Source of the DNA: an uncultured Bacilli bacterium
GTDB lineage: Bacteria > Bacillota_I > Bacilli_A > RF39 > UBA660
Reading direction: 5' to 3'
DNA: 64,000 bases
Assembly (NCBI GenBank): GCA_944359055.1
Contig: CALVSO010000001.1
Coordinates: 37,460 to 101,459 of the forward strand
Shown: positions 8,628 to 18,352 of the stretch, one piece after another
How the letters are laid out: every line of letters starts with the position of its first letter
Numbering within the stretch: position 1 is the first letter of the stretch
Notes under the pieces: generated by a model
Seen by the model: the letters and a program-made list of their open reading frames with translations, nothing else
The model's database searches: none
What the model was told of the DNA's origin: nothing
Program-made: the position numbers and the translations under genes

Positions 8628-9620
8628 ATGAAATTAGGAATATTCAAAGAATTTAATAATAAGCATCAAAATTATATTGATGCATGTAACGAATTAAAAG
8701 TTGATTACGAAATTATTGATATATATGCTGACAATTGGATTGAAATTATTAAGAATAGTGATTGTGATGGTTTTTTGGTTCGTCCAAGTTGTGATAAACA
8801 AGATTGGAAGAATATGTATGATGAAAGATTATATTTTATTACAAAATATTTAAACAAAAAAATATATCCATCATATGATGAATGTTATATTTATGAAAGC
8901 AAAAACAGAATGTTTTATTGGCTTGAAGCAAATGGTTTTCCACATGTAGAAACTCATGTTTTTTATGATAAGAATGAAGCATTAAATTTTTTAAACAAAT
9001 GTGAGTATCCATTAGTATACAAGCCAAATTTGGGTAGTTCTTGTGTTGGCATCAAATTTGTTAATAATTATAAAGAAGGGAAAAAACTTGTTAATAAGGC
9101 CTTTCCTTATAAAGGGCTTGGAATGGGTATGATAAAAAAATATAAAACAAGATATAAATTTATAAATCGCCCAGCATTAGATGATAGACAATATAATTAT
9201 ATTATGTTTCAAAAAAAAGAAGATGTAGTTGCAGAGTGGCGAATAATAAAAATAGGAAATTCATTCTTTGGACACCAAAAATTAATTGATAAAAAAGGTT
9301 TTCATAGTGGTGCAGGAATTGGTGCTATTTGGCGAAAACCACCAAAAAAACTATTAGATTTATGCGATAGTATTTGTTCAAAAGGTAATTTTTATTCTAT
9401 GGCTTGTGATATATTTGAAACAAAAGAAAAAAAATATTATGTTAATGAATTACAGACAACCTTTGGATCATATGCTGAATCACAGATGATTATTGACAAT
9501 AAACCAGGAAGATATATTAAAAAGAATAATGATTATATTTTTCAAGAAGGTATTTTTAATAGACATGGAAGCTATTTGTTAAGAGTCGAACATTTTGTTG
9601 AAATTTTGAAAAACAAGTAG
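8628..9620 (+). CDS. ATP-grasp fold protein (RimK-like carboxylate-amine ligase candidate)
   Basis: Central region PLVYKPNLGSSCVGIKFV...AEWRIIKIGNSFFGHQK resembles the ATP-grasp nucleotide-binding core. Assignment rests on weak motif-level similarity only. Confidence 0.45.
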   Translation: MKLGIFKEFNNKHQNYIDACNELKVDYEIIDIYADNWIEIIKNSDCDGFLVRPSCDKQDWKNMYDERLYFITKYLNKKIYPSYDECYIYESKNRMFYWLEANGFPHVETHVFYDKNEALNFLNKCEYPLVYKPNLGSSCVGIKFVNNYKEGKKLVNKAFPYKGLGMGMIKKYKTRYKFINRPALDDRQYNYIMFQKKEDVVAEWRIIKIGNSFFGHQKLIDKKGFHSGAGIGAIWRKPPKKLLDLCDSICSKGNFYSMACDIFETKEKKYYVNELQTTFGSYAESQMIIDNKPGRYIKKNNDYIFQEGIFNRHGSYLLRVEHFVEILKNK

Positions 9621-9640
9621 ATAAATTGTGTTATTGGTAG

Positions 9641-9830
9641 CCTACAAATTGATGATGCAGAGACTGTTATAGCAGATATTTTAAATAATATTTATAAAGA
9701 TTTTGATATAATTGCTTTGCTAATTGAAAAAACTTATGTAGATATAAGTAAAAAAACTATTGAATTATGCCTCTAAAACTTCATTTAAAGAATAAATTAA
9801 AAAATTCGTTGAGAGACTTTAAAAAAAATA
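9641..9830 (+). pseudogene. Fossil chimeric junction: about 100 bp homologous to the 5' end of the GT4 gene at 10846-10950, fused to about 90 bp homologous to the 3' end of the epimerase gene at 8518-8605
   Basis: ttattggtagcctacaaattgatgatgcagagactgttatagcagatattttaaataatatttataaagattttgatataa aligns at about 90% with 10847-10930. cttatgtagatataagtaaaaaaactattgaattatgcctctaaaacttcatttaaagaataaattaaaaaattcgttga aligns at about 85% with 8518-8600. The junction shows microhomology (gaaaaac/ttatg). Confidence 0.7.
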
Positions 9831-9852
9831 ATGAAAGAGGATAGATATTTAA

Positions 9853-10767
9853 ATGTTAACAAAAAAAATAATTAAAATAATAAAAAAACCTAAAAAAATA
9901 ATAATTTTTTTGGCCTCAAAAGGAATTATTCCGTATAATGATGAAAAATATTTAAAATATGTATATAAAGAAAAAACTGGTGATGATTTAAATTTGGATA
10001 ACCCTAAAAACTTTACAGAGAAGCTTCAATGGTTAAAGTTATTTGATAGGAATCCATTATATACAAAATTGGTTGATAAATATGAAGTTAGAGACTATGT
10101 AAAAAAATTAATAGGAGAAAAATATTTAATACCATGTTTAGGAGTTTATGATAATGTTAATGAAATAGATTTTGAACAATTGCCTAATCAATTTGTTTTA
10201 AAAACAACACATGATTCTGGAACTGTTGTTATATGTAAAAATAAAAAAAATTTTGACATATCAAAAGCAAAAAAGTTTTTAAGTAAAAGATTAAAAAGAA
10301 AATATTTTTATTTGTGGAGAGAATGGCCTTATAAAGATGTAAAACCTCGTATAATTGCAGAAAAATATATGGAAGATAAAATATATAAAGGTATTAATGA
10401 TTATAAATTTTATTGTTTTAATGGAGAACCTAAGATTATGTTTATAATATTAGAAAGGAATATAAAGCCTAAGATGTCCTTTTATGATATGAACTTTAAT
10501 AAATTAGATATGCACCAAACATTTCCTGATTATAATAAAAAAATAGAAAAACCTAAAAATTTTGAAAAAATGATTCAGTTCTGTAAAATTTTAGGTAAAA
10601 AATTTTCTCATGTAAGGATTGATTTTTATGAATGTAATGATCAACTTTATTTTGGAGAATTAACTTTTTTTGATAGTGCAGGTTTTGATAAATTTTCACC
10701 AGATGTGTATAATGATATTTTAGGTGAATGGATAGATTTAGAAAGAGTTAATAAATATAATCATTAA
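9853..10767 (+). CDS. TupA-like ATP-grasp protein (teichuronopeptide-type amino acid ligase family)
   Basis: The hallmark N-terminal block NPKNFTEKLQWLKLFDRNPLYTKLVDKYEVRDYV and downstream LPNQFVLKTTHDSGTVVICK...WPYKDVKPRIIAEKYM match the ATPgrasp_TupA family. Confidence 0.75.
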   Translation: MLTKKIIKIIKKPKKIIIFLASKGIIPYNDEKYLKYVYKEKTGDDLNLDNPKNFTEKLQWLKLFDRNPLYTKLVDKYEVRDYVKKLIGEKYLIPCLGVYDNVNEIDFEQLPNQFVLKTTHDSGTVVICKNKKNFDISKAKKFLSKRLKRKYFYLWREWPYKDVKPRIIAEKYMEDKIYKGINDYKFYCFNGEPKIMFIILERNIKPKMSFYDMNFNKLDMHQTFPDYNKKIEKPKNFEKMIQFCKILGKKFSHVRIDFYECNDQLYFGELTFFDSAGFDKFSPDVYNDILGEWIDLERVNKYNH

Positions 10768-10811
10768 ATTTATTAATTTAAGTAATTGAAAATCTCCCTA
10801 AATTAGAAAGA

Positions 10812-11927
10812 TTGGTGTTAATATTGAAAAAAATTTTATTTGTTATTGGTAGCCTACAAATAGGTGGGGCGGAGACTGTTATGGTAGATATTTTAAATAA
10901 TATTTATAAAGATTTTGATATAACAGTTTTATTAATTGAAAAACGTGGAGAGTTGTTAAAAAGTATATCGCCTAATATAAAATTGAAATATTTAACTAAA
11001 GGTGATGAATTTTGTAAATCTTCATTAGAAAAATTTTATAATAAAGTTAAACGAAGTTTAATTTATAGATATTTTGGTAAAAGCAAATTGTATGTAAATT
11101 ATGTATATAAAAAAATTTTAAAAACTAAATATGATACGGAAATTGCTTTTTTAGCTGGGTTACCTTCTAATCTTGTTAAAATGAGTCCAAATAATAGTCA
11201 AAAAATAGTTTGGATACATGCTAGTGTTACTAAAGATGATGTGACAACATATGAAAAATATTCAACTATTTGTAATTCTTTTGATAAGATAATAGGTGTT
11301 AGTGAATCATGTATTAATATTTTTGAAGAAACGTTTCCTGAAAGTAAAGGAAAAATTGAACTAATTCATAATTATGTTGATATAAATAAAATTATAAATA
11401 AATCAAATTTGGAAAACATTTCATTTGATTCAGATAAATTAAACATTTTATCAATTGGAAGAATTGTATCAGAAAAAGGTTTTGATAGAATTATAAATAT
11501 TGCCAAAAAATATGAAAATAAAATAAATTTTTATATTATAGGTGATGGACCATTAAAAGATAAGTTGATGCATAGTTTGGTAGAACAAAAAATTAATAAT
11601 GTTATTTTTTTAGGACTAAAGAAAAATCCTTATCCATATATAAAAAAATGTGATGCTTTTTTACTCAGTTCACGTAGTGAAGCTTATCCGACTGTTGTAA
11701 TTGAGGCAATGGTTTTAAATAAAAGTATTATAGCAACAGATGTTCCAGGGGTTAGTGAAATTTTGAAAGAATATTTAGATAAATTAATTATTCCTAATTT
11801 AGATAATAGTATTGATGAAGGTTTAAATATATGGTTAAGCAGAAAAAATAATAATAAAAATTTAACTAATAATTTTAAAAAAATAAACGATGACAATTTA
11901 AGAAAAGTAAAAAAATTATTTGAGTAG
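10812..11927 (+). CDS. Glycosyltransferase family 4 (GT-B, group 1)
   Basis: N-terminal GSLQIGGAETVMVDIL and C-terminal EAYPTVVIEAMVLNKSIIATDVPGVSEIL (the E-x7-E region). The likely start is the in-frame TTG at 10824 (MKKILFVIG). Confidence 0.85.
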   Translation: MVLILKKILFVIGSLQIGGAETVMVDILNNIYKDFDITVLLIEKRGELLKSISPNIKLKYLTKGDEFCKSSLEKFYNKVKRSLIYRYFGKSKLYVNYVYKKILKTKYDTEIAFLAGLPSNLVKMSPNNSQKIVWIHASVTKDDVTTYEKYSTICNSFDKIIGVSESCINIFEETFPESKGKIELIHNYVDINKIINKSNLENISFDSDKLNILSIGRIVSEKGFDRIINIAKKYENKINFYIIGDGPLKDKLMHSLVEQKINNVIFLGLKKNPYPYIKKCDAFLLSSRSEAYPTVVIEAMVLNKSIIATDVPGVSEILKEYLDKLIIPNLDNSIDEGLNIWLSRKNNNKNLTNNFKKINDDNLRKVKKLFE

Positions 11928-11937
11928 GGTGATTAAC

Positions 11938-14900
11938 ATGAAAACAGATAAATTTACAAAATTATTAATTTTATTTATTATATTACAACCTTTATATGAT
12001 ATTTTTATTTATTTTCTAAATAATGTAATTAATTTTGATTTACCATTCATATCATTTGTTCGTCCATTAATTTCAATTGGAATTTATTTATATTTATTGT
12101 TTAGCTATAAAATTTCAACTAAAGAAAAATTAATTTCATTTATCTATTTATCTATTTATGGAATTTATTGTATCTTACACTTAATAAATATAAGAAATAA
12201 TTTCTTTGAACTATCTTATGGCAATATGTTTAATGAAATAAGATATTTGTGTAATTATGGATATTTTATAATACAATTGATTAATTTTTATTTTATTTTT
12301 AAAATTGTTAATAAAGAAGATAGAAAAAAAATCTTAATTTCTTTCACTCTAGCTATTGGTTTAATGACATTAATGTATTTTATTTCGATTATTACTAACA
12401 CATCGCCATTAACGTATATTTTTTCTAAAGGAAAGGAAGGATGGCGTGGTTGGTCTGTTTCAGCACACTATATAGGTCATTCAATTATTTATGCTTTACC
12501 TGTCATAATTTACACGATTTTTGAAAAAAAATATATAAATAAATGGTATAAATATTTGTTTTTTACTTGCATTTTGATTCCACCTTTTTATTTAGTAGGA
12601 ACAAAAACACCTTTATTTATGACTTTATTTATAGTCCTATTTTATACATTAATGAAAATAATTGTTTCAATAAAAGATAAAAAAATAAGTAAGGATACAA
12701 TATATTTTATAACAATTTCTTTAGTTTTAATATCAACATTCAATTTAACTTACGGATATGCCAATTTTAAAAATCAAATAAGCATTTCTGAAGGTGATGA
12801 AACTGGCGATATCAATTTAATAGAAGATAATATAGATGATTATGAAGATTCAACAATGCAAGAAAATCCTGATTTATCTACTTTTGAAAATAGAATGGTA
12901 TATACATTATATAAATATAGAGATATAAAGAGTTCAGTTTTTGATAATAGAACAATTCAAAAAACATTAAATAAATATTTGTATTCTATAAGCCCTATTA
13001 AGGATAAAATATTTGGTTATGGTCATGATACAATGCCTAATTGTAATTGGGTGGAAACTGATATTTTAACTATATTTTATTGTTATGGATTGGTTGGATT
13101 TTTATTAATAATAGTTTTACCATTAGGTTATATTGCAATCAATGGTTTAAAATGTTTATTTAATATTAAAAAAATGTCAATTTCTAAATTTATTTTAGGT
13201 TTTGGATTTGGTTTATCTTTGGCAATACTTTACTTTGTTGGATATACTATGCAATTTGCTCAAACTGTATTTTATTTAATAATTCTTTTGATTATTGCAA
13301 ATGATTTATTTATTAAAATAACAAATAAAAAAATTAAAAGAGATTATTTATTTATGATAAATGATTTAAGTATAGGTGGAGCAGAAGTTGGCATGGTTGA
13401 TGTTGTTAATGAATTATCAAAAAATGGAAATAAGGTAGATATTGTATTATTACGAAAAAGAGGACCTTTATTAGAAAAATTGGATAAAAACATCAATGTT
13501 TATGAAATTTTAAATTCTGATTATAACAAAATAAAGAAAAAAATTTATCATATATTTTATATGATAGGTGGACCTTTTATAAAATATGTCTACAAAAAAA
13601 CTATAAAAGCTGATTATAATACTGAAGTTGCTTATTTAGAAGGATATCCATCAGTTTTTATTGCATCTAGTAATAATAAAAACTCAACTAAAATAGCGTC
13701 AATAAGAGTAGGCTTAAAAAATCATAAGTTAAAAGCTCATAAGATTCCTTGGGGAGAACAGCTTGTTAAAAATTCTTATAAAAAAATGGATTATATTTAT
13801 ACAGTTTCTGATTTGACTACACAAGAATTTTTAGAAAAATATCCTTTTTGTGAAGGAAAAACAAGTACTATTTATACTTATTTTAATGTTGATGATATTG
13901 TAAAAAAAGCAAAAGAAAAAATAGATTATAAATTTGATCAAAATATGATTAATTTTTTGGCAGTTGGTCGTTTCAATACTCAAAAAGGATATGATAGATT
14001 AATAGAAGCTTTTTCAAAAGTAGTTCAAAAAAATCCAAATGTTTTGTTACATTTTTTAGGAAAGTATGATACTGAAGAAGGAAAAAAAGTTATTGATTTA
14101 ATTGAAAAAAATAATATTAAAGATAAGGTAATACTTCACGGAATAAAATCTAATCCTTATCCATATATGAAACAATGTGACTGTTTGATTAGTTCTTCTT
14201 TATATGAGGGATATCCAAGAGTTATTAATGAAGCTTTATGCTTGAAAAAAATTTGTATAGGAACAAATGTTACTGGTACAAAAGAAGCGTTAAAAAATGG
14301 TAAAATGGGTCTTTTAGTAGATGATTCAATTTCAGGATTGGAAAAAGGAATGCTAGATTTTATAAATGATAAAAATATTTATGATAAATATAAAGAAGAA
14401 ATCGAAAAATTTGATGGTAACAAAGAAAGTTATTTTAAAGGTTTAGAAAAAATCAGCAACAAAAAGAAGAAAATGATTATATATATGCCAAAGTTATCTT
14501 TTGGAGGCATGGAAAAAGCTTTAGTTAATTTAATTAATTATGCTAAGTTAAATGAAAAATATGATTTAACGTTATATTTAGTATATAAGGGTGATATGAA
14601 TTATTTAGAATTATTACCTAAAAATATTAAAATAATTATTGCATGTCCAAATAAATGGAATTTATTTGGAAAAGTAACAGCATTTATAAAATTAATTTTT
14701 AGATATATTTATCAAATATTTGTTAAATATGATATTGCTATTTCATATTCTTATCAGCATCCAATTCTAACTTCTTTAACTAGATTAAGTAGTGAAAATA
14801 GTATAGTTTACATTCATTCAAATTTAATTGATGGAATGAATAAAAAATTACTGCAAAAAAGAATAAAAAAATGTAAATATGAAAAATTTAAAAAAATTAT

Positions 14901-15546
14901 TTGTGTTTCAGAAGATGCAAAGAAAGCATTAGTAGGATTAATTCATAGAAAAGATAATATTTATGTATTAAATAATGTAATAGATGGAGATAAAATATTA
15001 TTACAATCTAATGAAAAAATAGATGATTTTAAATTTGAAAATAATACTATATATTTTATTAATATATGTCGTCATATTGAAGAATCTAAAAAACTTATAA
15101 GAATAATTGAGGCTACTAATAAATTGAACAAAGAAGGATATAAATTTGAAGTTCTTTTTGTAGGTGATGGGGAAGATCATCAGTTGTATATTGATAAAAT
15201 AAAAGAATTAAACATTAACAATATTCATTTGTTAGGAAAAAAGAAAAATCCTTATAAATATTTAAATAAATCGTCAGCCCTCTTATTATCTTCAATAAGA
15301 GAAGGATATCCTGTTGTGTTTGTTGAGTCTCTTGTACTTAATATTCCAATTGTAACAACTAATGTTTCTGATGCAAAAAAAGATATTAAAAATAAATATG
15401 GAATAGTAGTTTCAAATAATGATGAAGCAATTTATGATGGTATGAAAAAATTTATTAATGAAGGATTTAAAATTAAATATAATTTTGATTATATTCAGTA
15501 TAATCAAAAAATTTATTATGAGACTATAAAAATATATGAGGAGTGA
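11938..15546 (+). CDS. Tri-domain fusion: Wzy/O-antigen-polymerase-like polytopic membrane domain (about aa 1-460), then GT4 glycosyltransferase, then a second GT4 glycosyltransferase
   Basis: The N-terminal third has 10 or more TM helices and a large hydrophilic loop (ISEGDETGDINLIEDNIDDYEDSTMQENPD...NCNWVETDILTIFYCYGLVGFLLI) typical of Wzy/EpsG polymerases. GT4 domain 1: DLSIGGAEVGMVDVVNEL...EGYPRVINEALCLKKICIGTNVTGTKEAL. GT4 domain 2: MIIYMPKLSFGGMEKALVNL...EGYPVVFVESLVLNIPIVTTNVSDAKKDI. The 1196-codon ORF (1202 from TTG 11920) is continuous. ATG at 11938 follows RBS AGGGTGA. Confidence 0.7.
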   Translation: MKTDKFTKLLILFIILQPLYDIFIYFLNNVINFDLPFISFVRPLISIGIYLYLLFSYKISTKEKLISFIYLSIYGIYCILHLINIRNNFFELSYGNMFNEIRYLCNYGYFIIQLINFYFIFKIVNKEDRKKILISFTLAIGLMTLMYFISIITNTSPLTYIFSKGKEGWRGWSVSAHYIGHSIIYALPVIIYTIFEKKYINKWYKYLFFTCILIPPFYLVGTKTPLFMTLFIVLFYTLMKIIVSIKDKKISKDTIYFITISLVLISTFNLTYGYANFKNQISISEGDETGDINLIEDNIDDYEDSTMQENPDLSTFENRMVYTLYKYRDIKSSVFDNRTIQKTLNKYLYSISPIKDKIFGYGHDTMPNCNWVETDILTIFYCYGLVGFLLIIVLPLGYIAINGLKCLFNIKKMSISKFILGFGFGLSLAILYFVGYTMQFAQTVFYLIILLIIANDLFIKITNKKIKRDYLFMINDLSIGGAEVGMVDVVNELSKNGNKVDIVLLRKRGPLLEKLDKNINVYEILNSDYNKIKKKIYHIFYMIGGPFIKYVYKKTIKADYNTEVAYLEGYPSVFIASSNNKNSTKIASIRVGLKNHKLKAHKIPWGEQLVKNSYKKMDYIYTVSDLTTQEFLEKYPFCEGKTSTIYTYFNVDDIVKKAKEKIDYKFDQNMINFLAVGRFNTQKGYDRLIEAFSKVVQKNPNVLLHFLGKYDTEEGKKVIDLIEKNNIKDKVILHGIKSNPYPYMKQCDCLISSSLYEGYPRVINEALCLKKICIGTNVTGTKEALKNGKMGLLVDDSISGLEKGMLDFINDKNIYDKYKEEIEKFDGNKESYFKGLEKISNKKKKMIIYMPKLSFGGMEKALVNLINYAKLNEKYDLTLYLVYKGDMNYLELLPKNIKIIIACPNKWNLFGKVTAFIKLIFRYIYQIFVKYDIAISYSYQHPILTSLTRLSSENSIVYIHSNLIDGMNKKLLQKRIKKCKYEKFKKIICVSEDAKKALVGLIHRKDNIYVLNNVIDGDKILLQSNEKIDDFKFENNTIYFINICRHIEESKKLIRIIEATNKLNKEGYKFEVLFVGDGEDHQLYIDKIKELNINNIHLLGKKKNPYKYLNKSSALLLSSIREGYPVVFVESLVLNIPIVTTNVSDAKKDIKNKYGIVVSNNDEAIYDGMKKFINEGFKIKYNFDYIQYNQKIYYETIKIYEE

Positions 15547-15553
15547 TTTTTGT

Positions 15554-16339
15554 ATGAAAAAATTGATGATATTAATATTAACATCAATATTATTGATTGT
15601 AGGCATTTGTATATATTTTAATTTCAAAGAAAGAAAAATAGCAATTTTTGCTTATCATAAAATTGTTCCACAAGAAATAAAAAATGAATATTATAAAGAT
15701 AATAAATGGGTAGATACAGTTGAAAGATTTGAAGAACAAATGAAATATTTATATGAAAACAATTATAAAACCATATCAATGAGTGAATTTGAAAATTGGC
15801 GAAATACTGATAAAAAATATCCAATAAAAACAGTAATGATAACTATAGACGATGGTGATTTAGGAATTTATTATGAAATTTTACCTATTTTGAAAAAATA
15901 TAATTTCAAAGCAACTATGTTTATTATTGGTAATAAAATTAATGATGTATCAGAAGAATATAATCCTGCAAAACAGCAATTCATTGGTAGAGATTTATTA
16001 GAATCTATAAAAAAAGAGTATCCTAATTTAGAAATCCATAGTCATTCATTTGATTTACATAATCTAAATACAAAAGATTTATCTTTAGAAGAAGTAAAAA
16101 ATGATTTTATCAAAATGCAAAAATTTGAAACTAATATTTTTTGTTATCCATATGGTACTTCGTCTGAAAAAATAAAGCAAGTATTAGAAGAAAATAATTA
16201 TAAAATGGCATTTACTCTTGATAAATCTAATTTATCTTCAAAAAAAAATGATAAGTATGAAATTTCAAGAATAGGAATTAACTATGAAACTTCATTCTTA
16301 AATTTTAAAAAATGGTTAATTAAACAATTTATAATGTGA
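15554..16339 (+). CDS. Polysaccharide deacetylase (NodB homology domain, CE4) with an N-terminal membrane anchor
   Basis: TIDDGDLGIYYEILPILKKYNFKATMFIIG matches the NodB motif-1 region. The HSHSFDLH histidine motif is present. N-terminal TM helix. Confidence 0.8.
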   Translation: MKKLMILILTSILLIVGICIYFNFKERKIAIFAYHKIVPQEIKNEYYKDNKWVDTVERFEEQMKYLYENNYKTISMSEFENWRNTDKKYPIKTVMITIDDGDLGIYYEILPILKKYNFKATMFIIGNKINDVSEEYNPAKQQFIGRDLLESIKKEYPNLEIHSHSFDLHNLNTKDLSLEEVKNDFIKMQKFETNIFCYPYGTSSEKIKQVLEENNYKMAFTLDKSNLSSKKNDKYEISRIGINYETSFLNFKKWLIKQFIM

Positions 16340-16346
16340 GGTTAAT

Positions 16347-16811
16347 ATGAAACGAGTTATGTTTATAAGTAGTGTTGGAGGTCATTTAACACAGCTTTTA
16401 GAACTTAAAACAATTTTTAAAGATTATAATTATGTTTTAGTTACTGAAAAAAATGACGTTACTAAAGACATGAAAAAAAAATACAAAATGGAATATTTAA
16501 TTTATGGTTCTCGAGAATATTTATTTAAATATGTATTTATCTTTTTATTTAATATTTTTAAATCATTTTATTTGTTTTTTAAATATCGTCCTAATGTTAT
16601 TGTTACAACGGGAACTCATACAGCGGTTCCAATGTGCTATATTGGTAGATTATTTGGTAAAAAAGTAATATTTATCGAAAGTTATGCAAAAAGAACAAGT
16701 CCTACGTTATCAGGTAGGCTTGTTTATCCAATTGCTAGTACATTTATAGTACAATGGGAAACTATGTTGGAATTTTATCCTAAAGCAAAATATTTTGGAG
16801 GTATTTATTGA
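16347..16811 (+). CDS. Alg14-like glycosyltransferase membrane-anchor subunit (Cps14F/EpsF-like)
   Basis: MFISSVGGHLTQLLELK...PNVIVTTGTHTAVPMCYIGRLFGKKVIFIESYAKRTSPTLSGRL matches the Alg14-like family. Confidence 0.75.
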   Translation: MKRVMFISSVGGHLTQLLELKTIFKDYNYVLVTEKNDVTKDMKKKYKMEYLIYGSREYLFKYVFIFLFNIFKSFYLFFKYRPNVIVTTGTHTAVPMCYIGRLFGKKVIFIESYAKRTSPTLSGRLVYPIASTFIVQWETMLEFYPKAKYFGGIY

Positions 16812-17275
16812 TGATATTAGTAACGTTAGGCACACAAAAACAATCTTTTAATAGATTATTAGATATGATTGAAAAAAGTAATATAAATGATAAAATAATT
16901 GTTCAAGCTGGATATACGAAATATAAAAGTAAAAAAATGAAAATGCTTGATTTTGTTGATTATCAAGAAATGGATAAATTAATAAAGCAAGCTGATTTAA
17001 TAATAACTCATGGTGGTACCGGTTCAATTGTAACAGCAATAAAGCAAGGAAAAAAAGTAATTGCCTGTCCTAGATTAAAAAAGTATGGTGAGCATGTAGA
17101 TGATCACCAAAAACAAATTGTCGATATTTTTTCTGAAGTAGGATATATATTAAAACTAGATGAAAATGACAATTTGGATGAATTAGTACAAAAAATTAAA
17201 ACGAAAAAAATGATTCCATTTAAATCAAATACAACTAATTTTATTAATAATTTAAAAAAGGAAATAGATTGTTAG
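16808..17275 (+). CDS. Alg13-like (GT28 C-terminal domain) glycosyltransferase catalytic subunit (Cps14G/EpsE-like)
   Basis: MILVTLGTQKQSFNRLL...ADLIITHGGTGSIVTAIKQGKKVIACPR matches the Alg13/MurG C-terminal domain. The gene overlaps the preceding Alg14-like gene by 4 nt. Confidence 0.75.
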   Translation: MMILVTLGTQKQSFNRLLDMIEKSNINDKIIVQAGYTKYKSKKMKMLDFVDYQEMDKLIKQADLIITHGGTGSIVTAIKQGKKVIACPRLKKYGEHVDDHQKQIVDIFSEVGYILKLDENDNLDELVQKIKTKKMIPFKSNTTNFINNLKKEIDC

Positions 17276-17278
17276 TTT

Positions 17279-18226
17279 ATGAAAAATATTAAAGTAAGTA
17301 TATGTTGCATTACATATAATCAGGAAAAATACATAGAACAAGCTATTAATAGCTTCCTTAGTCAAAAAACAAATTTTGATTATGAAATAATTATTCATGA
17401 TGATGCATCTAATGATGAAACAGTAAATATATTAACAAAATATCAAAAAAAATATCCAGATAAAATTGTTTTGATGTTAGAAAAAGAGAACCAATATTCA
17501 AAGTGCGCCAATTCTGTTTTAGTTAAAGTTTTAGATAAAGCTAAAGGAAAGTATATTGCATTATGTGATGGAGACGACTTTTGGTGTGATGATAATAAAT
17601 TACAAAAACAAGTCGATTATATGGATTTACACAAAAACATAAGCTTATGTTCTCATAATACAGAAATTATTAATGAAAATAATGAAAAAATAGATTTAAT
17701 AAATTCTTATTTAGAAGGAATTGTAACAATTGAAAATTTTTTATCTAATAACTCTAGTATGCATACTTCTTCAATGTTATTTAGAAAAAAAGATGTTTTA
17801 AAACTTCCAAATTACTATTATGAAGCAACAGTAGGAGATTTACCTTTAAAATTACATTTATTGTCTAAAGGTAATTGTTATCATTTTAATAATGTGATGT
17901 CATGTTATAGAACTAATGCTATTAATTCATGGAGTGTAGCTCAAAAAAATAATGATATTGTTAAACATAAAAATTTTGAAATGGAAATTCAAGTATATAA
18001 TTCTTTCAACAAGGAAACAAAATATGTTTACGATGATTTAATCAAAAATAAAATTTTATATAGAAGTTTTTGCTATTTCAAGGATAAAAATGATTTAAAT
18101 GAAATAAAAAAAGAAAAATATGCAAAATATTATAAGAAATTATCATTAAATGAAAAAATAAAATTACAATTAAAAAACAGTAAAGTTATATATAAACTTT
18201 ATTTAAAAATTAAAAAGCAGAAATAA
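17279..18226 (+). CDS. Glycosyltransferase family 2
   Basis: VSICCITYNQEKYIEQAINSFLSQ...IIIHDDASNDET...LCDGDDFW. GT2 DxD motifs are present. Confidence 0.85.
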   Translation: MKNIKVSICCITYNQEKYIEQAINSFLSQKTNFDYEIIIHDDASNDETVNILTKYQKKYPDKIVLMLEKENQYSKCANSVLVKVLDKAKGKYIALCDGDDFWCDDNKLQKQVDYMDLHKNISLCSHNTEIINENNEKIDLINSYLEGIVTIENFLSNNSSMHTSSMLFRKKDVLKLPNYYYEATVGDLPLKLHLLSKGNCYHFNNVMSCYRTNAINSWSVAQKNNDIVKHKNFEMEIQVYNSFNKETKYVYDDLIKNKILYRSFCYFKDKNDLNEIKKEKYAKYYKKLSLNEKIKLQLKNSKVIYKLYLKIKKQK

Positions 18227-18352
18227 AATATAGCATACGTATCTTAAAAATTGTTTGGTGTATAAGTGAATTTTAGTATTTAATATTTCAATAAATATAC
18301 TAATATTTATTAAGATGATTTTTTTGGTAAATAGCTAGTTTGAGGTGATTTT

